Below, one piece after another: positions 15,236-29,729 of a stretch of DNA of 64,000 bases. Positions within the stretch are counted from its first letter, which is position 1. Each line of letters begins with the position of its first letter. A program made the translations under genes and the position numbers. Source of the stretch: Schmidtea polychroa (lineage: Eukaryota); the NCBI GenBank assembly GCA_044892525.1, contig CM097885.1:176824001-176888000 (forward strand). The letters are read 5' to 3'. The notes beneath the pieces were generated by a model that made no database searches, was not told the origin of the DNA, and worked only from the letters and a program-made list of their open reading frames with translations.

Positions 15236-15958
15236 ACTATGATATTTGTTTTGATAAATCACGCTATATAAGTCGTATGCCATTTTTCAAAATCTCTACT
15301 CATCGCACTCAATTTTCATGAACATTAATTTTTTTATTTTGTTATTGATACCGTTAAAAAATCAAAATAATAATTATGCCCAAGAATTCCAAATGAAATA
15401 AAAATAAATATAAATAATTAGGTATCTAACCTCGATTATTCACCATCATTTGTTGACCACCAGGTGACGCTCCATATGGTTGATTAGAATCACAGTTAAT
15501 GGCAAATGCTTGACCCCTTTGAATATTTCTAGAGAGAAAAACTTCCATTGAAAGATATAAAATTAATAATGTTATGGATTACAAAATATTTACAAATTTC
15601 AGTGTTAAAATAGAGTGAATATTTCAAAGACGTTTATAAATTTACAAGCCATTTTAGAAAGAGAAAATGTGATATTAAGTTTTGTTTGAATAAATTCAAA
15701 AAGTGCATTCAGAAAATTTCTCGTGTGTGAAGATAAATAAATCTTTAATAGCAGTTGTCACTATTGGACAAACAATCACTGTACATAGAACTTCAAAAAC
15801 GAATAAAGCCCTATGATGGAGTAAGTTTCATTTCTGCGTTGCTGAGGAAGTTCAAGATGGTGTTCAAAATATCAGAAAATTGAGAACATGTGTTGTGTAC
15901 TAACACTGCTGCTAGATGGACCGGGACTCTTAGTTTTTGAATATTTCGCAGACAAAGA

Positions 15959-16160
15959 CTAGATGAATTTCAATGTAATCGACAAAGCACTATTTGATGA
16001 TTTCTTGATGGTGCCTTTCAAACATAAGAAAAATTCCGATCCCGAATGTGGAATGGGAAGCCAACTGATTTTTTTCCTTGCAACCTTGGTTGGTATCAGC
16101 AATGATCGTTTGCTCAAAAGAGCTTTGTCGCTGTATTGCAATCGGTGGTATCCCATTTGT
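15959..16160 (-). pseudogene. Possible hAT dimerisation-domain relic
   Basis: LPIPHSGSEFF.. resembles the LPHSNAxxERxFS motif; frameshifted. Confidence 0.35.
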
Positions 16161-16231
16161 TGAGAGTTGAGCCGGTTACAATATCATAATTATATTACAA
16201 AATTTATTATTATTAATAAGATATTTAAATA

Positions 16232-16561
16232 CTCTGTCCCATAAAACTGGATAGTTTTCTCCGTTTTACTTGTCCAGTAATTATAAAATATTGTTAAATG
16301 TGAACAAATAAGTTTAAAATTATCGTTACATTCTTTAATTCTTGACAAATTATAGAGTATTTTAAGCTTTTTGTAATTTTTGACCTTTTATGAAATAATG
16401 ATGAAATAAAACAAGATACGGTTATTTTTATGGCAAATGATGTTTTTTAGAAATTCGTATGATCAATTCAACTCATAAGAACAAATATTGAGGTAGAGCC
16501 TTATATTTGCGATATTCCGCGCACACGAAACGAAAACTATCAAGTATTATGGGACAGGGAG
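16232..16561. mobile_element. Tc1/mariner-type MITE
   Basis: TIRs ctctgtcccataa / ttatgggacagggag, flanked by TA on both sides. Confidence 0.75.
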
Positions 16562-17023
16562 TATTAAAAATTAAATATTATTTGTTAATATATTCCCTTT
16601 AATATTCTTTTTTCGAATAGCTTATATTTATTCGTTTGATCTGTAGTTATTTACTTAATGTTCAATACCCAATTATCTATTCTGGCTCAAATGAAAATAA
16701 CTAAGATACTTGCAACACGCTCCGTCAATCGGACTATCCCTCTTTACAAATCAAATTGATCAATCGTGCCAGGCCGATCAGCCGCAAATAAAAAATGCGC
16801 ATCATTTAGAAAATCAATAAGTCAACACGAACCCTCTTGAGTCCTTATAACTTATCATAGATTATTAATAATATTAAATCAAATAATTTAAGCTGAAGTT
16901 ACAATTTATAGGATAAGTCGTTTGTAAAACTTTAATTATTAAAATTTAAATGTTTAGACTAATTATAATAATTGAGCTTTTAAGGAAGTTATTTTTAACT
17001 GATCGAAGTTTAGTATAAGTTAC

Positions 17024-17107
17024 CAGAAAATATGATGGAGTGAGATCTGTTTTTCCATGTGGATAAGTTGCGATAACTTGCAGATGCCGAAATGGATTTA
17101 TTCGACA
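17024..17107 (-). CDS. Candidate 84-nt symmetric (phase 1-1) LATS exon
   Basis: tttcag acceptor and gtaact donor. Open Ser-rich reading SNKSISASASYRNLSTWKNRSHS. Phase fits the 13287 exon. Confidence 0.3.
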
Positions 17108-18129
17108 CTGAAATCTAGCTGATGTTGCGATCATTCACATTTATTATTTGTATCAAATTTTCTTTCTCTTTTCGCCTGCTTGTCTTTATAATGTGTTCTT
17201 TATATATTTAATCACAACATACCTATTATATTTTTAAACTTTAATTCAAAATATTAATATGACATTTTTAAATCCATTACAAAATGTTCTTTAGAGTATC
17301 GCCAATATTCAAATTACAATTTACTCAAATCCACCAGCAGCACTGGCTCGAGAGCTAGGCAAACACTCCTCCTGCTTATGCTGTAATATCTCAATGATCA
17401 TTATTTTAATAAATTTTTCTGAAATTTTCGAATTGTGACTATTCATTATATACTTTCCTATAATTTATTATAATTTTTAATGAGGAAAATTAATTTATAA
17501 TAACTGTAGGAGTAGCTAGCTACCTTTATTGTCCCTTTCGATAAAAATATTTCTTTGAAAGGGCGTAAATTTTATTCTTTGCCTAAGGTCCAAGTTTTAA
17601 TTGTCCCGCCTCTGGCCGCCAGTTGACATAGAATTAAAAGGAAAACAATACTTTTATATTAAATATGATAAAAGAAATGTGTGTAAGCTAACGACATTGG
17701 ATTGAAGTAAAGAATTGTTATTGAAAAACGATATGGCACACTATGTGAATGGCCGTATTGGTTGTCGGCTCAATTGGCAATGCAAGTCGTTGGCAGAAAT
17801 TCAGAACAGAATAGAGGGAAAGAATCCTAGCCAAACACAGTCATAACAATTTGTCAATCCAAATGCCAAATTACACAAGCATGAAAAATTGTTCATTGAT
17901 TCTTAAACCGGGAACGACGTGATAAGCAAATTCATGTTTAAAACAGCATAGCACATATATTCCATAATCGTGTTATTGTTAATTACATTTAATAGGATAC
18001 TATTAATTACATTTGTGTGCATGTGGCCAATAGATTGGGGAATGTTTTACTTGCCCACAACATTAGTCATAATGAATTCAATGACAGTGAAATTGGGATA
18101 GTTCCCTAACGTTCTATGTAGAGAAAGTA

Positions 18130-18330
18130 CTGATTTATATGAAATATTATTTTTCAATAACTTTAAGTATGAGTCCTATTTGACGAAGTTTCTTCTTAAG
18201 TTTCTTCTACCCAATACTAAAACTAACAGATGTCTTCGATTTGTTCAAATGTCTTCTTACACCTTATTAATTGCAAATCCCAAATCATTTAAACTATTAA
18301 AGAAAACCGATCTTGGTTTCATAGTTGATG
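18130..18330 (-). pseudogene. IS630/Tc1-like transposase relic
   Basis: Decayed reading FNSLNDLGFAINKV...VLGRRNLRRN resembles the LxDLGFxxKK...WRRxYLR segment of Tc1-like transposases. Confidence 0.4.
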
Positions 18331-21300
18331 TAGAATTAGAAAAAGAATATTATTAGAATGAAATAAATGTTAAAGTTTTAGAAGTGGAGATTTTTATAAT
18401 TAACCATATGAAACTTGATAAATAGAAATCATCCCCTCCATAAAACAAGCGCCATTAATTGATAACTATATTTTTATAGGACAGAATTTTTGGATAGGAA
18501 ATCGGAATTTGAACCCTTGGAATTGAGTATAAACTCATAATTTTCATTTCGTACAAATACTGTTACATTCTCACATAATCGATGACTTGAGTAACTAATC
18601 ATGTTCCAAACACGTAATGACATCAGGAAATGTTTATTTTTGAATCTAATTTTGGAATTGTGTAGATTGCAAAAATATATGCTTCATTTATATACTTAAT
18701 TTATAAGATTTAAGCCACATTATTTGGTACCATGGCAAAAACGCGATCCCACAAAGGGTCGAATCTAGTAGCCTTGCAACGATGTCTAGGACCTATATAC
18801 TAGACAACCAGACCATGTCAAATATCACAATGACACCGCTCTTATGAAATGCATAAATTCGTTTGATGTAAACATTTTAAAGTAATTGATTAGACATCCA
18901 TTTAATTTCACAGAGAATTTTGTTTGAAGTTTTAATGAAACACCAGACGATATTCATTATCATCGTAAAATACTTACTGTAAAGTAGAACTGTATTTCCC
19001 ATTATGTAATGGAGTCCTCTAATCAATAATATTTGACACTTTCCTATACTGTATAATTGAATCAAATGTAAAATACTTGTTAAAATGTTGTGTTTCAAAA
19101 GGAAGATGACTGATTAAAGAATGTCGAAATGCTTATTCCAAGAAAATTAATAAATTTCAAACAAATAATTAGATTACAATTCCTACAGGCCTGGGGTATG
19201 CAAATCTTTGAGACGTAAGAGACAAATTTAAAGTAATATCATAACAAGTCTTATAAATGAAGAAAAAATCAGTTTATCGGTCCCTGCAATAGGTGATGCC
19301 TTAGCTAGTTACAGTATTAATATTTAAAACGACTTTTTGGCAGAATCGTATTTGAAAATAAATCTTTTGAATACTCTGTTATCACAATTCGATGGTATTT
19401 ATTACCTAAATCCAGCGTAGTAAAAAATTTGAATCCATTAAAAGGGTTCATTTCTTGATTTAAGTATTGAAAAATAGGTCTCTTTGTTACTAATTTTAAC
19501 TCTCTGAAATTTAATAAAATTCATTTTATATTTTTTTTCTTTTTAATACATTTAATGATGAATTCCATATTTGAATAAAACAATACTTTTATATAATCTA
19601 CTCTTAGATTCTGTCAAACCATTTTTAGCAAACTTTTCGATTTCTTTAAGAAGTCCTGTAATCAAATCACTTCCATTTCGATATGACTTTAAGAAAAATT
19701 GCAAAATTTGATGGTTTTGTATCTTAGATTCTTTTTTCTAGTGTTTTTATTTGATCAAAATTTTTATTTTGATCAAAGGCTATTTCATCAAATTATGATT
19801 TACATTCCAAGAAACATTTCTCGACCATCTTTGGAAATTTATAAAAGTTCACACAACATGAATTTTTTCAAAAACTAGTCTACTCACTGTCAATCTTAAA
19901 CGTTTAAAAACGGTCAGAATATTGTAAGTATAAATCTGTTGGCATTTTAGCATTTTAGAAAAATCAATAAAATATATTAAAACAAATTAATAATACAGAA
20001 TTTAGTTGAATAATTTCATTTTCTGCCTAAAAAATAAAAATTATTTTTATTTATTTAATTTCTTTCAACCAATGAGAAAGCAGAAAATTAAATTAAAAAA
20101 GATCAAAATGCATTAGAAATTGAAACAGCTAAATCAAGAAACTGATAAGGATCCTTTTACATAATCGAAATTTTTTCATTTTATTCAAAATNNNNNNNNN
20201 NNNNNNNNNNNNNNNNNNNNNNNNNNNNNNNNNNNNNNNNNNNNNNNNNNNNNNNNNNNNNNNNNNNNNNNNNNNNNNNNNNNNNNNNNNNNNNNNNNNN
20301 NNNNNNNNNNNNNNNNNNNNNNNNNNNNNNNNNNNNNNNNNNNNNNNNNNNNNNNNNNNNNNNNNNNNNNNNNNNNNNNNNNNNNNNNNNNNNNNNNNNN
20401 NNNNNNNNNNNNNNNNNNNNNNNNNNNNNNNNNNNNNNNAAATAGTAGTAGTAAAAAATTAGTATTTAATAAAGTAATAACTTAAAGGAGAAAATAAATT
20501 TTTCATATTTAATCTTTTAAATTCNNNNNNNNNNNNNNNNNNNNNNNNNNNNNNNNNNNNNNNNNNNNNNNNNNNNNNNNNNNNNNNNNNNNNNNNNNNN
20601 NNNNNNNNNNNNNNNNNNNNNNNNNNNNNNNNNNNNNNNNNNNNNNNNNNNNNNNNNNNNNNNNNNNNNNNNNNNNNNNNNNNNNNNNNNNNNNNNNNNN
20701 NNNNNNNNNNNNNNNNNNNNNNNNNNNNNNNNNNNNNNNNNNNNNNNNNNNNNNNNNNNNNNNNNNNNNNNNNNNNNNNNNNNNNNNNNNNNNNNNNNNN
20801 NNNNNNNNNNNNNNNNNNNNNNNNNNNNNTTTAGTTATTTTTGTGAAAATTTATCAAAAAATAATGTATCAAATTTTGACCATCAATCTATGAATTCAAC
20901 CAGCAATTGAAAGTAATTAAATGATTTATATGCCAAAATTTATAATCAATCAAAATATAATTTTGACCAAGTTAATTAGAACTTTGATCAGTATCAAGGA
21001 CAAGAGGTATCTGATTTCGTTGAGCTCACAAACATAAATTACAAATTACCTTCTAATAAGAAATAGCTTTTATTTCCAATTTCTAGGCTTCGTTAGTAAT
21101 TATTGAAATATTTCTAATTAAATTTGTCTCTTAGACAGTTAGATTCTTTATATTTCTATTTATATTCATTTAGAAAATATGCAGTGACGGGATTAAAAAT
21201 TCCATTAGACATTCGACGCGAATGAACGAATCGATCTATTTCAAACGTCGGCTCTATTACAACTGGACGCTAAATGCCTTAATATTTCTAATATCTGCAA

Positions 21301-23039
21301 TGGCAGTAATCGATCAGTGACGAATAGAATTTCTTGGACAGACAATTTCAGCCGGATTTTTTTTATTTTTTGGCAAATAAATTTATATTACTTATCAATG
21401 TATTAATAAGCATTTATGAGCTTGGATGAGTGGGAGAAAATTTTGTCTATCATCATGTAAATATAATTTAATCACTTTTTCATTGTTGAAATATGAGGAA
21501 AAACTGTCACTAATCGGTAAAATGAATTAAATTAAATTAATTATCTTCTAATAGAAACAGTCATGTTTCCAATTTCTAGGTTGTCGTTGAAAATTTAATT
21601 TAAATGTCTAATAAAAAATGTTTCTTAACAAGTCAGATTCTTTTTTAATTTATTTATATATAATTATTAATAAGGTTAGATAAAATTAAATACAATTATA
21701 ATTATAAATTAATTAAATTAAAAAAATATTAAAATTGTATAAAATATTAAATAATTTTAAAATTAAAAGGTTTAAAAATTAATTAAAATTAAAAATATGA
21801 TCACAAATAAATTTATAAGTTTCGAAAAGATGCCGAAAAAGAATTGAAATATCAAATGATCAAAATAAAAAGTCAAACAAAATNNNNNNNNNNNNNNNNN
21901 NNNNNNNNNNNNNNNNNNNNNNNNNNNNNNNNNNNNNNNNNNNNNNNNNNNNNNNNNNNNNNNNNNNNNNNNNNNNNNNNNNNNNNNNNNNNNNNNNNNN
22001 NNNNNNNNNNNNNNNNNNNNNNNNNNNNNNNNNNNNNNNNNNNNNNNNNNNNNNNNNNNNNNNNNNNNNNNNNNNNNNNNNNNNNNNNNNNNNNNNNNNN
22101 NNNNNNNNNNNNNNNNNNNNNNNNNNNNNNNNNNNNNNNNNNNNNNNNNNNNNNNNNNNNNNNNNNNNNNNNNNNNNNNNNNNNNNNNNNNNNNNNNNCG
22201 CGGTAGATACGTTCCACAAAAACAACGCGCAAACCGAAACCGCGCACTGTGAACCCGATTTTATATGTAATTATGGGGTTATGTTCCAGATATTAGAAAA
22301 ATTGCAAAAAATATAATTAAATATCTTTATTCAACGACTAATATACATATTTACATTAATATAAACATAAAAACTATAGAAAACAGTATATATGCATTGA
22401 AATACGGGGAATCACTATTTTCCGTTTCAAAAATTGTATGATTCACCTATATGAATAAACATGATTCCGCGCAGATAGAAATTTTGGTATTTAAAACTTG
22501 GCCGCGCAATTGCGAAACCGTGCAATGAAAAACCGCTCAGTTGGAGGGTTTCCTGTATTTTTAATTAAATAAACACTTGTATAAATATCTATTAATTAAA
22601 ACTATGTAATTTTACATCCTAATCCTAACCACATCACTAGAAAAATGAAACTGCCTTTATTATTTTTATATAAAAAATACAGTGCATCGAAATACGATGA
22701 ATCACGATTTTCACTACCATATGTATTCGTAGTTTTACGGGATTCACCATAAAAAATTAAATTGACATGAGTTTTCTTGTTAAAATAGACAAAAACAAAA
22801 AAAAACCGCGCAGCTACGAAATTTTTAGCGCGCAGATCGAAATTTTGGTATTAAAGGTTTGGCCGCGCAATTGCGAAACCGCGCNNNNNNNNNNNNNNNN
22901 NNNNNNNNNNNNNNNNNNNNNNNNNNNNNNNNNNNNNNNNNNNNNNNNNNNNNNNNNNNNNNNNNNNNNNNNNNNNNNNNNNNNNNNNNNNNNNNNNNNN
23001 NNNNNNNNNNNNNNNNNNNTTTAAAAATTTTTTTTTAAT

Positions 23040-23450
23040 TTCTTTTCTCACATCCCCTTTTTTAAAATGTTTGATGTTCTCAACATTTTTAACTATTGTC
23101 TTCTCAATTAAATCTTTCAGTGAATAGCTTCGTACATGTGTTTTCTTTATTACCGCGTAAGATCTTCCCAATCTCGCATCATATTTATTTCTAATTTCTT
23201 GTTTGATCAATATCATATCTCCCAATTCAAAATTTCTCAGTGTTTTGTTTTCGTTTGACTTTATAGTTTCCCACTATTCTCTTCCTAATATCTTCTCAAG
23301 CCATTCCATTCTATCAATTTTCCGTCCGAAAATAACATCTGATGGGCTTATTCCCGTTGTTTTTTAACAGTTGCCTGATAGTAAATCTTTCAATGAGTAG
23401 ATCCGTTGGAATGGTTGCCATATTAGCGGCTATAGCTTTAAACTCAACTC
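23040..23450 (-). mobile_element. Gypsy-type LTR retrotransposon 3' remnant (integrase tail, PPT, LTR start)
   Basis: GDMILIKQEIRNKYDARLGRSYAV.. resembles the GPY/F tail. It is followed by purine tract aaaaaagggga and TGTGAG, next to an N-gap. Confidence 0.5.
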
Positions 23451-23562
23451 AAATTTCCAAGATTTATTTTAGTACAAGTTGTAAAAATAATAATAAACTT
23501 TAAAATAATTTCGATTTTATCTTTTTTAATTTTTCTCCACGTAATAATAAGAATAATTTTAC

Positions 23563-23797
23563 TTTGGCAACCATTGTGAACGAGCTGTTTGTTGGAAAAC
23601 TGCAGATTTTGAAAGAATCAATTGAGCACGAATTTGAGTTGGCTCGTATGACGGTGTGGGAAAGCATTCGTTATACATTCGCCTATTGTTTGATGATGAT
23701 AGTTCTTCCAGACTCGGCTGAAGACTTGGTTGAGGTGATAATTTTGGAGGGAGAGGAGGTGCATTGATCTCATTATTTGGAAACAACCTCATCCCAT
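23563..23797 (-). CDS. Probable upstream LATS exon (Pro/Ser-rich)
   Basis: AG acceptor (phase 1) and GT donor (phase 2). Encodes NAPPLPPKLSPQPSLQP...FPTPSYEP. Confidence 0.5.
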
Positions 23798-24124
23798 CTA
23801 AATCAAACTCATTAATAGTTATAAAATCTATCAGTAGAAAGAAATAGAAATACAATTAAAATTAAAATAATAAAGAATATCAATAATAATTTTTAAAAAG
23901 TTGCTCTTTGCAATTTAATGGCAACAGAAACAAGTAAATGAGATAGTAACATCATAAATAAAAATTTACTACATAGATATGATAACTAAATAATAATTAT
24001 TGTTAAAATGTATTTTGTTAGTGGAAATGGTTTGTCGGAATTATGATGGCATTCAAATATTTATTTAAAAAAATGAAACATTTATTCCTTAAAAGTTAGG
24101 GATTGCAATAATCCACACGCGTCT

Positions 24125-24285
24125 GATCCCGGGGTGCACTGAAAATTTGGGATTTAAGTAGAATTTGTTTTAGCATTGATTTTAGAGAATGCCATGTATA
24201 TTATGTTTCTACAAATCTTCGATAAAAAAATAATTGTTTTAAATAAGCAATCACGACGTGTGATTGTTTTTTATTTTATTAAATA
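24125..24285 (-). repeat. Inverted copy of the about 12255-12412 repeat
   Basis: ccggggtgcactgaaaatttgggatttaagtagaatttg... is the near-identical reverse complement. Confidence 0.85.
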
Positions 24286-26619
24286 ATATAACATGAACAT
24301 TTCTTCAATTTTTATTAAAAAATTATTTCAAGAAACACAATTCGTTTAAGATTTTATCGTTCAAGCGATTCCCAATTTTAGTACAAGGAATACCACCATA
24401 TATACTGTTTTTAAATAGTTTACAATGAAACCATCATTTTCAAATAAACTCATTTCTTTTTGAATCTTGAATGCAAGTGTTTCTTCAGTGTGTATTACCG
24501 TAGGTGACCTCTATGTAAGACGCCATACCACTGCTTAGTTATTGCTTGTTAAACTTTCAATGAGCCAGAATCGTTTACGTCCTCTGATTCTGATGTACTC
24601 GACATGAGTTCCATACTTTCTGCATTATTTCTTTTATATATTTTATAGGTAGCGCTAATAAATACCCATGCAACCCATTGATAGAACCGCATCCGATCTT
24701 TAATACTTTATTGTTAAACTTTATTTTTGTATAAGGCTGTTTTACCCTTTTCGCTCGTAAAAATACTTTCATGCACCATTTTTCTCCCTATACTCCATGT
24801 ATTTATTCATTTGCAAGTGTTCCGCTTCAGCTTACAATGACAGAAAATTTATTTTTACAAGTTAAAATAACTCAGTTTAAATTTAGACAGAAGTGTTTGA
24901 TTGTAAATATAATAATAAAAATTCACTAAAAATGCTGAAATGCTATAATAAAATATTTTTAAAAAGCATGTATATAATTATTTTTATAATTGCACTTCAC
25001 GAAAACAGATAAATTACAAATTGCACAAGCACATTAAAAAAAGAGAATTCTAGATTAAAGTACAGCAATATTTAATTCTTTAGCGTTTTAGTATTCTTTT
25101 CGCATCTTTTGAAGAATATGGAACAGCAACAAATAACAAACCCAGTGCAATGAACAACAATACATACAATAATAATAACTTGTTAATTGTAACATTATAT
25201 GTATAGTATCACAAAATTAAGTAAATATTGATATATATTAAGCAAATATTAAGTAAATACTTTCTTTAAATAATATTTTACAATCAGCGAAAAACGTTTT
25301 AAGTTACAGTTAGAGGCACGAGAAAAATCTTTTTAAATGTTAAATATGTAATTATAAAATAAATACTTTTTTGTATAACATGTAGGAATGAATATATTGC
25401 CTAATATCAGTGATGGGATTCAAATTTCTTTGGAACCGGTACGCTTTTCAAATTTCTATTGATTTGTAAAATGAAAAATCTGTACGCACTTACTAGAACT
25501 TATTAAGAACCATTACGGGCGTACCGGCTGAATACAATTAAATTCCTAATATTCTATTCATTTATCAATGCATTAACTGAATATATTTTCCCTTAGATGT
25601 ATGGTACAAAGTGAAAATATAGAATTTAACACAATAAATGTTTGAGGAATTTTTGGTTCTAAATATTTTATTATTATATCCAGTGATTGATCCTTGACCC
25701 TAGAAGCTTTGTCTATATTCTTATAAATTGAAAGCATAATGCTCTATTAACAAGCTTATAAAATAATAAATGAAAAAAATGGAAATTAACATTCAATTAA
25801 ATCCAATGTTTAATAAGCAAAGGTAATGTAATAAAGTAATAAATATAAAATGTGAAATTTCAAGATAGCTAATTTTTTGTCACCACATTATTTTTGTATT
25901 TTTTTCGAATTAATTTTTTTTTATTATTAATATTATTGTTATTATTAACCGTTTGCGGACGGAATTAATTTTAATAAGTAGTATACGAAATCTTCTAGTG
26001 CCCGATATCGTGGTATGTTTTTTTTTAAGTTTGGCCAGCGCCGCTGGCCATTATACATTGTTGAACGCGAGGAACAACATTCGTATATTGTATAAGCCAT
26101 TTAAGACCAACACTGCTGGCCGANNNNNNNNNNNNNNNNNNNNNNNNNNNNNNNNNNNNNNNNNNNNNNNNNNNNNNNNNNNNNNNNNNNNNNNNNNNNN
26201 NNNNNNNNNNNNNNNNNNNNNNNNNNNNNNNNNNNNNNNNNNNNNNNNNNNNNNATTAATTTAAATATAAATAAAATGTCAATTCAATACATATTAAACT
26301 ACAATTTATTTCGACAGACTTACTGTCAAGTAGAATTGAAATTCAAACTATTGAATTAAATTGCTCTTTTTCAAACAAAATTCAAAATTTTTTTTAAATT
26401 ATATTCTGCTAAATAAATTCCTTAAATTCTGTTTCAAAATTCAAATTTTTAAAATTTTAAAATTAGAAGTGTCCACAGCATTTTGCATATTCATTTTTGA
26501 ATTCAATGACCTTATTAACAAAGTTTCACATATCACTTTTCTATTAATTATTAAAATTTTACATCTGTAAAACCTTCTGAGTACGGCAATGCCAATATAA
26601 ATTTAGTGCACTATATATG

Positions 26620-26980
26620 TCATTTACCTCACCTTCGGATTTACGTACAATAGTCAAGTTGCATCCAGATATTCTCAAACATGAACTTTTAGAGTGCTTA
26701 ATAAATTTATCAACAGTCTTTTATCATCATCAATAAAAATGATTTTGAATGATTTTGAAAGTTTTACAGATTATAATAGGAAGGAAAGCAACCAGTTCGT
26801 GTAAAGTATGCAATATATTTAATTTCTAAAACTCCGGTTGGATTGTATTCTGGACACGTTTCTCAATTTAAATGTAATGGGTGTAATGTCACGTACATTG
26901 AAGAAACTTTCCATCGTTTCAGTACTCGATGTCTTGAACATGATCAACCGAAGAGTATGAGTAGAAGCGCTACATCATAG
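26620..26980 (+). mobile_element. Penelope-like element remnant (GIY-YIG endonuclease)
   Basis: 26849-26980 reads SGHVSQFKCNGCNVTYIEETFHRFSTRCLEH, matching the PLE GIY-YIG pattern VYxFxCxxCxxxYIGETxRxLxxRxxEH. Confidence 0.7.
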
Positions 26981-27879
26981 TGGAGCTAGTCTTTTATTAG
27001 CATATACTGAAACATCATCTATAATTAACAGTACCTACAATAGAAAATTTGTTTACAATATGAAGGAGTGAGTTGCAACATACATTCCCAGTTAGTTGCG
27101 ATATTTGCATAATATGTATTAAGATATAACTTGGTTTATACATTTAAGCAAAGAAACTTTTAAAAGCTATTTAGTAAAATTAAAGAAGCGACGATGAAAT
27201 CGTGCTGACATAGCTAATTCGATTGCGAATGATTCTACTAAAAGTAAGATGAGTAATGTTCCAAGCATATTCCTCGCGAGAAAATTTCAATATGACTATC
27301 ATCAATAAAAGTAATCAGATATAAAAAAACACCGGAAATAACGAAAAATCTGCGAAAAAGATTGTAAAAGAATTGGCTTAATTGGTGCCGGAGTGTTCTT
27401 GGGGAAAATTGGCAAATTATGTATGAATATTATTTAAGAACATTTAAATTTACGAGAGTCGAATGTTAGTGCAAAAATAGCTCCTAAATATGAATATTTA
27501 AAATCCTGGCCTTTACGATAGAGCTTAAAAGTGAAAATACAACATTTCATATTGAATTCGAAATTGTAAAACCTATATATTTGTATTTCCTTGCGAGAAT
27601 GCAATTGTTTTTTCTTTAATTAGGATACCTGGGTATTTAATTTCTATCATTTAAATTAATTGGATTTTGAAATATACGAAAAAAAAATAATATTATAAGA
27701 ACTTAATGCGATTTTCACCTCCGATTTTTTTTCAATTGACATTGTATTTATTAAAAAAATTGACTATGAATCAGTAAAAATATCGATGTTTTATTTTTGA
27801 TAAAAGCGATAACCAAGAAAGCAGTAGTTTCGAGAGTGAACATGTCACTATAATAATAAAGCATAAAATTCAATAATCT

Positions 27880-28773
27880 TTATGCTGGACGGTCTTTTCT
27901 GATCGTTGGTAATTTTGAAGCTTTTTTCTTTGCTTCTTTTAATTTTTGGTGCTTTGATCGCTTTTATCCTTTTTTGGCTTTTGAAGATGTTTTCTTCTTG
28001 TTTCTTCTATTTTCTATACAGCTTTTTGGGATAGCCTATATTTCGTCCTTTTGAGTTGCTATTCTTTTAGATATTAATTGGGTAAGTACTTTTATATTTT
28101 CTTTTATTCCTATTATTTGGTGAGCTGGTATTTCTTGTACTTTTCCTTGGTTTTCTTCTTGGATTTTATTGTCTACTTCTCCCAGCGAGTCATCATACTG
28201 ATCGAGATCAGCGGTGAGTGGTTTTGCAGAGAGGGTATTGGTTCTTTTTATCTCGTATGCATTTGTTCCTTTAACTGGTTCATAACATTATTCATCATCT
28301 TCGTTTGTAAGGATTGGGGTGTCCGGTAGTTCGATATTTTTTATAATTTTTGTCGGTGCTTGGTTTTCTGTCTGGGGATCTTTATTTAAATCATGTCCAG
28401 ATATTTTCTTGGGAGAACATTTTTCAGAATCGTTTGTTGAATTCTTTTGTTGAATTCTGTTTTTTCTTTTTGATTTGTTTCCATTTGGTGGCACTCTATT
28501 TTGAGGGTTTTTTCCTCTGTATTTCTTGGAGTGAATGGTATGTTTTTCTTTAGGTTGAATGAACGCGGTACTCCAACAATTGATCTTTTTTATAAAAAAG
28601 TTGAAGTATTTTATTGCGTTTTGGTATTCTTCTTGATCTACGAAATCATAGGTTAGGATTTCTTTTTCGATTATGTCAATTCCGAAATTTTTGGATTTGG
28701 CTTGATTTTCTTTAACCATTTTTCTGGGAGTGTGAAGTATTCTATTACTTTTTGCCATTCTATTAAATGGCAA
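27880..28773 (-). pseudogene. Degenerate single-exon ORF of unknown origin (161-aa ORF, in-frame stop, then further coding-like sequence)
   Basis: The ORF continues in frame past the TAA at about 28288 to about 28070, followed by a K/N-rich tail. No family was recognised. Confidence 0.35.
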
Positions 28774-29548
28774 ATATAACTATTAAATTGCAATTGAATT
28801 GTTAGGAAATAATTTCCAATGACATTATTTCAACTCAAAATGAAGGTCATACTAAATGTAGTATAATTTCCAAATAAATCACTCAACTTATGAGCTGGTA
28901 CTGTCAACTAGCCTAGCTCCACGTAACTTTGCAGTTTCGGAACGATCAAGAGTGAAGTTTCCTAAAGTTAAAATTCAGCAAATTATAAAAAATGCCAAAA
29001 ATGTCTCAAATTGGATCATTTAAGTTATAAAAAAATTGTCGGCAGTTATTGGCGAGAGAAATGAGACAAGTGGGAGTTACAGAGCAACAGAATCGCTGAG
29101 AGAAGGCACAAAATAGATTCAGAACATCAAATGACACGATTCATTAGGAATTGTTGCATTGTCGCGTTAAAGGGTTAATCAAAGTTGGGACATTTAACCT
29201 CCTAGGGAGAAAAGTTTTTTCACGCACATGTCACTAAAGTCTAATAGTTTTACGGTAGTTGACGATCAAAAAGCCGGTGATTTATTGTTACATGTCTCCC
29301 AGATTGTTCGAGTTGTTTAAAAACAGTCATTTGTGAACTGTCCTTGTGGGTGCATTATGATGCAATTACCACTCGTACTAGTTTATTATTTTATTCCATC
29401 CATGTAAAATATAAATAAAAATATTTCACAAACCCAACAAAAAGTATTATTAGATAAAAACAGAAAATTAAATAACTAATAATTAAAATTTTGTTTTAAA
29501 AAATAACTTAAACGTCGAAATAATTATTTTATGAATAATAAAATTTAC

Positions 29549-29729
29549 ATGCAGGAGATGAATAAACTGAGTCGATTGGACTAGAATTAAACATCACTTC
29601 ATTTGTAAATGCATGATTGTATTCATTTGGATGGAAATTTGGAGACAAGTAATTTGGACGCTTGTGAATGGCAGCATTGGAGAGAAATGAAGGACACATA
29701 TTGTTATTATCCAAACGACATCCAGTAGT
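29549..29729 (-). CDS. Candidate 5' LATS exon
   Basis: ttttgcag acceptor. The gtaaat donor is phase 1, matching the phase-1 acceptor at 23797. An internal ATG (MCPSFLSN...) could be the start codon. Confidence 0.45.

Noticed and set aside
20440-20455. agtagtagta as a second Polinton terminus
   Set aside because: It lies directly against an N-gap with no GC-rich TIR or repeat array following.
29160-29178. piggyBac-like end (gcgttaaaggg followed by TTAA)
   Set aside because: No partner terminus or transposase was found.
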